A DNA stretch of 63,986 nucleotides, counting the filler, from Sanchytrium tribonematis (lineage: Eukaryota), in assembly GCA_018985235.1 (NCBI GenBank). It is 9 parts of 9 records of this genome, joined end to end, with 100 filler letters (N's around TTAATTAATTAA, not from the genome) between each part and the next. Parts side by side here need not be neighbours in the genome. Positions count along the whole stretch, not along the records: positions 51,172 to 58,338 come from JADGIG010000460.1; positions 58,439 to 63,986 come from JADGIG010000596.1; 7 more parts are not named here. One strand, given 5' to 3'. The notes beneath the pieces were generated by a model. That model did no database searches. It was given only the letters and a program-made list of their open reading frames with translations, and was not told the origin of the DNA. Of this stretch, positions 55,071 to 63,986 are shown in pieces. The position numbers and the translations under genes are program-made. Each line of letters starts with the position of its first letter. Positions within the stretch are counted from its first letter, which is position 1.

Positions 55071-55427
55071 CGTGAAGCAGTTGATCAGGGTCAGTGTTAT
55101 TTATGATCAGATATGGCGTGTTTGACGAATCGAAGCGTGGTCACATTGTTGGATTTGATTGGAGGATCAAGAGTGACAGTCGATTCACTTCATCAGCCAT
55201 GATTGAATGGCAAATACGACAAATCGCAACATCCAACATCCAAATAAAAGATTGAATCATTTTCAATCATATTGTTAAACGTGTCTAATTTGCACATGAA
55301 AATTAAAGCGAGTTTGAAACACGCAGTCATTTGCTATTTTTACATGAAAATCATCATTCATCATCACCAAATCATACTCGCATTGGAAATCAATGAATTT
55401 AATAAAATATAGTTTATTCATTTCCAT

Positions 55428-56390
55428 TTAATGATGTCGTGCAATTACTTTATCACAAAATGCTTTAAATGTATAACCAGGTTGTAATTCAAATCCACTT
55501 TCAGGCTGCATAAAAATAGCCAATGTGTTTCGACTTAAATGGGATAAATCCGGATTAGAACTGACACAATGTGGTGTGGCTTTAATCAATCCATTAGTGA
55601 ATACTTGCAATGCTTCACCAGTTTGGAATGCCATGCAATTATTGGGAATATTCACAGATTTGATCTCACCCCTTCGTGTTTCTATCAATAATCCAGAATC
55701 ATTACTTTCTACAGGTGCCTCTCCATTGTAAAGTGGACGAGTAAGTGCTGTTAAAAATGAATTATCCAAATGCCATCCACATAAATCATCTTGAGTTTTA
55801 GATTTCTGACATGTTGGAAAATAATGCAATGCGCGTGCTTTATGGCCTCGCGAATGGGTAATGACATGATGGATCATATTGTGAGATGTACCATATTTAG
55901 AACAATACAAATCGCATTGATTTGCAATTAATTTGCCAACTTCCAACATCAAATTCGCCATTTCTTTACAAGCGACTTCTAATTCAGGTACTTCAGATGG
56001 CCATAAATTAGGATGCCAAAATGTTTTACTCATTCTCATTTCTTCTTTCGTACCAGGACAATCCATAACCGGATTAAAATAAAAGGATCCTTTTGATAAA
56101 TCTGGTTGTTTATCAGATGCCCTCAATTCTTTCCCATGCGACCATCCAATCCAATTTGCATCTGGTACTTGATATTTATCCAATACATCAATGGGTAATT
56201 GTGCCAATTTGGGGATTTCTGTTAATAATTTCAATCGCAATGCATTGTAATTTGGAATATCTTGAACGAGTAAGATTCCCAATGCATTCTCAGATCCGAG
56301 ACTATCATGGATTTGGTCTGATAGATCTACATGGTTGATTAAATCATCGTAATGGATGATGATGGCAGATTCATTTTTCGATGTTGTCAT
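55428..56390 (-). CDS. Fe(II)/2-oxoglutarate dioxygenase (IPNS-like fold)
   Basis: GWSHGKE, KGSFYFNP, PNLWP, WHLD (HxD), TPHCV, RNTLAIFMQP. Confidence 0.85.
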   Translation of the reverse strand: MTTSKNESAIIIHYDDLINHVDLSDQIHDSLGSENALGILLVQDIPNYNALRLKLLTEIPKLAQLPIDVLDKYQVPDANWIGWSHGKELRASDKQPDLSKGSFYFNPVMDCPGTKEEMRMSKTFWHPNLWPSEVPELEVACKEMANLMLEVGKLIANQCDLYCSKYGTSHNMIHHVITHSRGHKARALHYFPTCQKSKTQDDLCGWHLDNSFLTALTRPLYNGEAPVESNDSGLLIETRRGEIKSVNIPNNCMAFQTGEALQVFTNGLIKATPHCVSSNPDLSHLSRNTLAIFMQPESGFELQPGYTFKAFCDKVIARHH

Positions 56391-56428
56391 TTTGTAAGAC
56401 GGGGAGACTTGAAGATGTCAACAACCAT

Positions 56429-57175
56429 TTAAACATCATTTATTAATTTCAATAGTTTTTCACCTAGATGAATTTTTATATGTCCAGGTTCAATCTTTAA
56501 GTCTACATCTTGAACTGCTCTCACTTGTTCACGAAAATATTGCTTAATCGTTTCATCATATAGTTCAAATTGAGCATCTACAAAACCTCCCTCTTCGATT
56601 TCTACATTTGATAATATTTCATTCATGATAGATATTCTGATTGGCAACAACTCGATCTGCTTCGTAATCAATTCAGTATATTTCTGGAAACTCGAGCCGA
56701 CTCCAACTTTCACGACGCTCATAATGTATTGTTTCATTTCACTATGATCTTCTTCAACTTCTCGTTGTTCATCTACTTCTTCTTTATCTAAATGTGCTGG
56801 AAATTGATGTACCAGATCAAAAAATGGTTTGAGGTTTTGCAGTAAGTCTAACCATTTGTTTGCAAGTTGGTAAAAAAATAAATCCGTACTTAATAATGGA
56901 GATAAAATATGATCATACGGAGTTTGTTCTCGCAAATTCGAAACTATTTTCTCGCAATCCAGTTCTTCAATGTAATCTGACAGCGTCAAAACTTGATTTA
57001 ATTTGATCATTGGAGTTATAGAGGCTCGTTGATATTGATCAAGTTCGCTGTATTTCGATTTTAATGACTTGCATTGATTTAATATTGTCGCCTTCCTCTG
57101 TGAATTAGTCAATCCGTAGCTATAAGTCGGTCCTTTAGTGATCATTGGAACTGCCATTAATACTGTCATCAACAT
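56429..57175 (-). CDS. Putative secreted helical protein
   Basis: MLMTVLMA-VP short signal; helical composition. Confidence 0.55.
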   Translation of the reverse strand: MLMTVLMAVPMITKGPTYSYGLTNSQRKATILNQCKSLKSKYSELDQYQRASITPMIKLNQVLTLSDYIEELDCEKIVSNLREQTPYDHILSPLLSTDLFFYQLANKWLDLLQNLKPFFDLVHQFPAHLDKEEVDEQREVEEDHSEMKQYIMSVVKVGVGSSFQKYTELITKQIELLPIRISIMNEILSNVEIEEGGFVDAQFELYDETIKQYFREQVRAVQDVDLKIEPGHIKIHLGEKLLKLINDV

Positions 57176-57292
57176 GATTGTCGCAAGGAACTTCACATGA
57201 TGTCATTCATGACTATGAAATGAGATCAGATGACTTTTGAAATGACACCATTTTGAAACATGTTGCAACATGTGCAGAAATTAAAATAGATT

Positions 57293-58327
57293 TTATTTGG
57301 AAGTGAATTGTTTTTGCGTATCAAGTAGCTTTCTTATCCTTGCAGCTCCATTTCTTGCTAGTGCTTTTACTAGATTAAAATTAGTGTCCAATATCTTAAT
57401 TTTATTCGCGTATTGACTAATTTTAGTATCTAAGTCATTTAATAGTGCATCAATATTTCTATTATAATCTGCAACGTTATTTAAGATGACTTCAAGTTCC
57501 GGTATATCCATTTCGAGACTTTCATCTTGATGATTGCCATGTGGCAATGAGAGATATTTTTCCTTCAACTGCAGTAGAGTACTGTACTTATCATAAATTG
57601 CTTTCATGTACTCATACAGAGTTTTGTATAAATTTGTAATGGGGTTTAAAACTCCAGGAAGATTCACTCTGGAATCACTTTTCTTGTCATTCAAAACATC
57701 TATTACATTCAGCTTCTGAGATTCATCAACATCTTGCAATAGATTAATTGTTTGCAACTCTTTAAATAATATTCCATTTAATTCAGCATCTATTATTTTG
57801 GTGCCTGTTAAAACCACCTGTTCAAATCGCTCTTCGTCTTGCAATTTCAAGCAGGATTCTCTTAATTCGTAAAACAATTTAACAAATACTATTAATTTCA
57901 ATACTTGCAAGTTAATTCTTTGTTCACTCAAAGATTTTTGTAATTGTGAGAATCTACTCGAATCATCACTTCCTTCATCTTCAACTAAATATCTACCTTC
58001 GCAGCAGGATAGCTCATTTACAAAACCTTGCAAGTGTTTCATTCTCGGAAAGGCGAATATTTTATCACCATCTACATTCTTTAGAAGGCTTTCATACTTC
58101 TCAAAATGTTTTTTCATTAAAAAGCTTCCAGAATCTGTAAATTTGGCTAATGCTGAGATTTGTGAGCATTTTAACAATGTAGCTACACTGCATCTATTTG
58201 GACTTGTGGACCTGCTGCGCTCACCTTTGGGATTCTCTTTCGAAGCATGTCTTCTCTCATTACGTCCTTGTGGTTCTTGCTTACGCCCATCCATCGCCAT
58301 GATGACGATGACTGTCAAAAATAACAT
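57293..58327 (-). CDS. Putative secreted coiled-coil protein
   Basis: MLFLTVIVIMA signal, basic disordered segment, long helical body; stop within AATAAA. Confidence 0.6.
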   Translation of the reverse strand: MLFLTVIVIMAMDGRKQEPQGRNERRHASKENPKGERSRSTSPNRCSVATLLKCSQISALAKFTDSGSFLMKKHFEKYESLLKNVDGDKIFAFPRMKHLQGFVNELSCCEGRYLVEDEGSDDSSRFSQLQKSLSEQRINLQVLKLIVFVKLFYELRESCLKLQDEERFEQVVLTGTKIIDAELNGILFKELQTINLLQDVDESQKLNVIDVLNDKKSDSRVNLPGVLNPITNLYKTLYEYMKAIYDKYSTLLQLKEKYLSLPHGNHQDESLEMDIPELEVILNNVADYNRNIDALLNDLDTKISQYANKIKILDTNFNLVKALARNGAARIRKLLDTQKQFTSK

Positions 58328-58338
58328 GATTTCAAGGA

Positions 58339-58438
58339 NNNNNNNNNNNNNNNNNNNNNNNNNNNNNNNNNNNNNNNNNNNNTTAATTAATTAANNNNNN
58401 NNNNNNNNNNNNNNNNNNNNNNNNNNNNNNNNNNNNNN
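58339..58438. other. Artificial contig spacer
   Basis: N44-TTAATTAATTAA-N44. Confidence 0.97.
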
Positions 58439-58528
58439 CCCCAATCGGGGTAATTTTTCTGACATCTTTTTGAGTTGATCTGCTTCTGATGATTGGGAAC
58501 ATCACCCAATTCGGAAGCAGATACTACA
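58439..58528 (-). repeat. 3' LTR (partial)
   Basis: Begins TGTAGTATCTGC at 58528; matches 63820-63909. Confidence 0.9.
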
Positions 58529-61500
58529 TCCCCACCAGATTTTGTCATTTCGTACACACAGTTGGTTTGGTCTATAATTATATGATTTTCTTTTTTTATA
58601 ACTTTAACCTGGTTTTGGTTAAAGCGACCACCATTATCTGTTAAAATGTTTCCATATGGCAAAATCTCAATTACTTCATATGGTCCTACAAAATTCTTAT
58701 CTAATTTTGTTTCAGCGTCTTGATTTGGGACGAGAACCATATCATTAACCTTAACTGGAACTGCAGGCTTCTTTGACTCTAGTTTTTCTTTTGTAATTGT
58801 TTTGTTAATATAATTTTCAAGAGTAGCCTTGTTATTTATGTCGTTCCATCTATCCAAAAACTTATTAGTTTTGTTTAGAATCGTTTTAGATCCCCAGTCG
58901 GCTTTAAGGCCAAATAATAGTTCATATGGACTTGTTCCAATTGATCTATGAAAGGTGTATCTTAATACTGGAAGCACCTTTTTTAATGATTTAACCCAGT
59001 CGTTATCGTTCATATTAGTTCTAACAAAGTCTAGAACTGTTAAATTTAATCGCTCAACTGAACCATTTCCAGGCTTATATCCTGGTGATGTGAAATGGTG
59101 TTCAATGTTTTCTTTTTTCAAATAAGATACAAATTCTTTAGCGGTAAAATTTGTTCCATTATCAAGTATCATCATTTGTGGCCTGCCATATCTTGCTATC
59201 CACTCAGTTTGGAACTTATCAAGGGTTTCAGGTCCACTTAATCCATTTAATGGTATGACTTCACACCATCTTGTAAATAAATCTACAATGACAAGTAAAT
59301 ATGAATATTCTTGTCCATCAGTTTGAACAGTTGGTAATTTTCCAACAACATCCATAGCAACTGTATGCATAGGATAGAGTCCATAGTCCACATCCTGGAC
59401 AACTTTTTTAATGCCTCTATTGGTTCTTTTTCCAGTTTGGCATTCAATACAATTTGATATTGCTTCTACACAATCTTTTTTTAATACTGGGAACCCTCTT
59501 TCTTTTAGGTAATTAAACATCTTATCAATACCTAAATGAGACATCTCTCCATGCATTTTCCTAATTTCTTCAACAGTTATGTTTAAGCTTGTTTCTTCTT
59601 TTATAATTTCTTCATTTGGTTTTCTATTTTCTTCTTCGACTTTTGATATACTTATTTTTCTGACCATGTCTTCTAATTCAATTTCTTTATCATTATCTAT
59701 ATCTGTTTCTTGGGTGTCAGCTTTTCGTTTCTGACTTCTTGTAAATGCCATGCAAACGTCTTCTAATCTTTCATTTAGACGACTTAGTGTGTCTGCATCT
59801 TTGTTTTGTGATCCTTGAATATAGTAAATATTTAAATTAAATTCCATCAGAAACATAACCCATCTGCTAATTTTAGCACTAATTTTCATAGTTTTCAAAT
59901 AACTTAAACTTAAATGATCGGTCTTTAATACTGTGTCTGTTTTACCGTCAATATAAAATCTGAACTTTGTACATGCAAATACAATGGAGTACAATTCTTT
60001 TTCTCTTACTGGCCATCTCAATTCACTATTCTTAAGTAATCTAGATGACAATGCTATAATCTGATCATCTTGCTTTAAGATTGCAGCGACTCCATGGTCA
60101 CATGCATCTACTTCAATTGTAAAGGGTCTGCTAAAATCTGCGTGTTTAAGCAATATTGGGTTTTTAATCATGTCCTTAATCTGGTTGAATGAGTCGTTCT
60201 GTGCTTTTCCCCACAAAAATTTCTCACCTTTTCGCAACAATTTATACATTGGTTGCGCTACAATAGCAAATTTTTCGACAGAACCACGATAATAACTGGC
60301 CATGCCAATAAATCTTTGCATTTGCTTTAAATTTTGAGGTGCTGCAAAGTCCAGTAATGGTTTAACTCTATCTGGGTCTGGTTTGACGACTTCTCCGTCA
60401 AGATAAAATCCCAGATAGGTTGCATAATCGTACATAAATGTACATTTGTTACTGTATGCTTTTAGATTATACTTATCTAAAAGTTCAAACGCTATTCCTA
60501 ATAATTCTAGATGACGCTCTTGCGTATCTGAAGCGATCAAGATGTCATCTTGATATACAAATATCTCATGATTCAAGTACTCAGAAAAAACATAGTCCAT
60601 GATCTTTTGATATGTTTTTCCCGAATTCATGAGTCCAAAAGGCATATTCTTATAAACATAATACCCTACATGTGTAATAAATCCTGTTTTAATGACATCA
60701 CTCTGTTTCATAGGGATTTGCCAATAACCTTTTCTTAAATCAATTTTGGTAAAGTATTTCTTACCATGAAACTCTTTTAATAAAACATCTATCTTTGGTA
60801 ATGGGTAAGAATCTTGTTCTGAATTCTTATTTAATGCTCGATAATCTACACAAAATCTCATTTCTGTTGTATTTGCCTTAGAGACCAAGACTACCGGTGC
60901 ACTAAAAGGAGATGCTGGGCTTCTTTCAATAATTCCTAAGTCCAACATTTTCTTAATTTCTGACTCTATGATTTCTCTTTCTTTATGTGATGCATTGTAT
61001 GGTTTAAAGGCTTTTGGAGGATTATCTATTTTAATCTCATGTTCATAAGGTACTTTAGCACCAAGTTTTCCATTGAAAACATTTTTAAATAATCTTAGGA
61101 TTTTAAATATTGAGTCTCTTTTCTCCTCAGTTCCTACTTTCAGACTTTTGGGATCTAGTCCTTCATCAAAATCATCGAAAAATGGTATTTCGCCATCTAT
61201 TGCCTCATCTGTGATGACATTGATGTGATCAATCATTAAATTTTGTCTTAATGTAAATCGAATTCCCTTGTATGTTAGTTTCATATCTTTGAAACTAATG
61301 CCGTCTACTTGCATTAGAAAGTTCATGCCTAGTAATAATTGAAATTTAGACATTTTCATGACATATAAACTTACAGTCATTGTAGTATTTCCCATTTGAA
61401 TTCCTATTTGTAATTTCTTATTTGCAACCACTTTTTGGTTATTAATGGATGAAAATGCTTTGTAGCAATCTTCTAATCTATCATTAAGGTCTAGCTCATT

Positions 61501-63654
61501 CACTAATTCTTGACTAATTATACTAATTGAAGATCCTGAATCAATAAACGCATTGATAGGTCTCTCTTCAACTTGTACTGGTAACCATACCGTCTTTGGT
61601 GCCATTTCTGTCACAGCGTTTGTACCGTCAATATCCATATTCTTTTTTGGACAATTTCTAGCATAGTGTGGCCCTTCACACACATAACATCTAACATTCT
61701 TGTTGTTAGAAAATTTACTTCCGTAATTCTGAGGTTTTCTGCCTCCAAAGTTATTTCGATTCTTATTTTGTCCATAGCCATTTCCTTGCTTCCAACTAGT
61801 TTTGTTATTTCCACTGTTGCTGCTCTGATTTCCGTTGTTCTGATTTCTTGGCACTTGATAATTCCTTTTTGTTGTTTGCCATTGAGGCTTGTTATATCTT
61901 GTGTTTTTCATACTTTCTTCCTTAGCTTGTGCTATTAAAAAGGCTTGATAAAGAGTTTGTGGGGGTGGTACTTGTTCATAAAGTACGGCTTGAATTTCTG
62001 GTCTACAAGCTTTCATAAATGTTTCTATTAGAAATGAGGTAGATGGTCTCTCACTATCCCCACCATACAACACTAACCTTTCTACTAACGACTCTAAATG
62101 GTCGTACATTTCTTTGACCGTCTTATCCTTTTGACTTAGGCGATGAATCTTGCCCCATGTTTTTGTTTTTGCGTTGGGTTCTCTATATTCTTGAATAAAC
62201 TTATTTTTGATCTCTAACCAAGTTACTCCACCATGTTGAATCCATTTTAATACTTTTAATTGTAGCTTATCATCTAAATACATTGGAAAGTATTTTAACT
62301 TTAATTCATCAGTATCTAATCGATTTTGATAAGCAATAAATTCAAATCTTAGCAGGAAGTCATCGCAATCTTCCTTAGAACTATAAATTTCTAATTTATA
62401 AGGTGTTTTAGGTGGATGCAGCGTCATTTGTGGCTGCTGAAAGGTACCTCCAGTACCTTGACCAATATTCTGGCCATGCATCTGCTGTCCCATATTTGGT
62501 AATCCTTGCATTGGATGCGCATTTAATTGTTGTCCCTGACCCATTTGTTGAGTTCCTTGTAAAGGGTTTATATTGTTTGCCATTTGATTGGCAAAATTTT
62601 CGCCATTTTGAGGCCCTAGTTGCTCAGCTGCAAAACGTGATTCCATCTCATTCTCTTCGGATATGTTTGCACAACATACATCTGGTACATTTAAATCTGT
62701 TTTTGGAAAATTTTTGATTTTCTCAGTCCTGTGATTGGCAATTTTAACGTAACTCAGCCAGTTTTGGTCCGATCGGGCTGAAAATTTTTTTGACATAGGT
62801 TTTTTTTTCATCATTTTTGGGTCAATTTTTGGTCTTGGGCAGTTCAACTTATCATATACCATTCGAGGCTTGTATGATTGGCTTATTGGGTGTTGTGATT
62901 GGGTGTTATTAGGCTTATCTGGAATTTTCATTTGATTGGCAAAATGTTTATTTGATTGGCTATAAGGTTTATATAAAGGATGAGGAAGTTGATTGGCAAA
63001 CAAATAAAAATCCACATATTTATTTACCATATCCCCACCGAAAATTCCTAAAGGCAATGCCACAGTTACATCAATTGCTTGTTCAAAATATTCGTTTTCA
63101 GCTTCACTAAAAGTTAATTCACTTTGATGCAACGCCGCATAATGCATTTTCAAAAAGTGATACAAAATCATCCACGTATCCTCACTTGTGGGTCCAAATA
63201 ATTCAATAAACTGATAAAAGGCATCGCTTGCCAAAGTGCTTAACATTGCTTCCACACGGTCCGCAAATAAAGGTCCCTTTGAGCCTTGTAAAACCCAGAT
63301 TCTTTGCTGCAAACTCATTGCTTGATAAATTTCAAGTCGTCTCATATCAACTTCTTCCAACAAATCACGTGTTCGCAAACTACTAATAAATACATTTATG
63401 ACGTTTCTCATACACTGACTACACGGAACTAATCGTCTTCGTACCTCGCTACCATGTTGTAGCTGTAAGGGCTCTACCGGCAATCCTACCAAACAATTGC
63501 AACTCTCGTAGAACGCTCCTTCAGCTTCCTCTGACCACCCTGACTCGGTGTCAGATGTCTCATCAATAGTAATCACACTATTGCATTCATCAAAGTCACT
63601 TGCTTGACTTCTATCACTGTCATCGTATTCAATTAAGTCCATAAAGAAGATCAT
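58439..63654 (-). CDS. Single-ORF gag-pol polyprotein with a long N-terminal extension
   Basis: CYVCEGPHYARNC knuckle, FIDSGS protease, YQDD RT, DAC...EKE...TDH...ADTLSR RNase H, HHCC + DDE integrase, GPY motif; no stop before the contig end. Confidence 0.92.
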
Positions 63655-63657
63655 TAT

Positions 63658-63909
63658 TGTAAAGAACGTATTTATTTGGGGAAAAATCTCTTTATATAGC
63701 TAATAGAAGCTTCTAGTGTCTTCTCGTAACTTCCATCTAACCTCTGATTGGCTAAAATGGGTCTCTGTACCCGATTACAAGGTGACTGTACCATACACAG
63801 TCGATCACATGTTTTTTGTCCCCAATCGGGGTAATTTTTCTGACATCTTTTTGAGTTGATCTGCTTCTGATGATTGGGAACATCACCCAATTCGGAAGCA
63901 GATACTACA
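63658..63909 (-). repeat. 5' LTR, about 252 bp
   Basis: TGTA...TACA termini; contains CCAATCAG, TATATAAAG and AATAAA. The inner boundary is inferred from the TACA end only. Confidence 0.8.
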
Positions 63910-63986
63910 CTTGTGCTTTACCACTCTTAAAAGCAAGACATCCAAGATATTCATTAGTTGCATTTTAAGCATCTTTTGCTGTTTGG

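Larger units (their letters stand above)
58439..63909 (-). mobile_element. Ty3/gypsy LTR retrotransposon, apparently intact; 3' LTR truncated by the contig end
   Basis: Domain order gag-PR-RT-RH-IN; the LTR copies look identical over the 90 nt available; polypurine-tract-like ATCTGGTGGGGA abuts the 3' LTR. Confidence 0.93.

Noticed and set aside
7231..58438. TTAATTAATTAA recurring every ~7.3 kb as a biological repeat
   Set aside because: It is always centred in 44+44 N and the contig lengths decrease steadily, so it is an artificial spacer. ORFs ending in X...N or LIN are artefacts, and no cross-contig gene clusters can be inferred.
274..62717. Numerous 60-150 aa ORFs antisense to or nested in the called genes
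   Set aside because: Shadow ORFs with no motifs, often starting at TTG or GTG.
63910..63915. Target-site duplication of the Ty3 element
   Set aside because: It cannot be evaluated because the other flank is missing at the contig end.
1..63986. tRNA, rRNA or CRISPR features
   Set aside because: None recognisable by eye; a covariance-model scan would be needed to exclude small RNAs.

Overview
This window is not one locus. It is nine AT-rich contigs of about 7.2 kb, ordered by decreasing length and joined by an artificial 100-nt spacer (44 N + TTAATTAATTAA + 44 N), so adjacency across spacers means nothing. The DNA is a very compact eukaryotic nuclear genome using the standard genetic code. 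It is most consistent with an early-diverging (non-Dikarya) fungus; this is an inference from the HAL-family kinase, End3-like, Set3-like and Cdc15/SepH-like genes, a Crypton, and the B12-pathway GTPase MMAA. Housekeeping genes include PDI, beta-adaptin, ETR1, thiolase, ERG12, PRE6, MZT1, a Yip1-family gene, MSH5, SPO11 and Hsp20. They sit alongside many secreted or effector-like proteins and mobile DNA (a Ty3/gypsy element, a Crypton and two LINE RNase H remnants). The main highlights are: (1) a convergent pair of bacterial Abi/DRT-type reverse-transcriptase-like genes with identically remodelled catalytic motifs, inside a eukaryotic contig; (2) six spliceosomal introns of only 19-21 nt, most with a branch A six nt from the 3' end; (3) recurrent signal peptides of about 8-13 aa; (4) a pair of paralogous micropeptides missed by the ORF track; (5) a Ty3 element whose single ORF starts just after the 5' LTR and reads into the 3' LTR; and (6) stop codons fused to AATAAA with almost no intergenic space. 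All family calls come from motif recognition by eye, not database searches.
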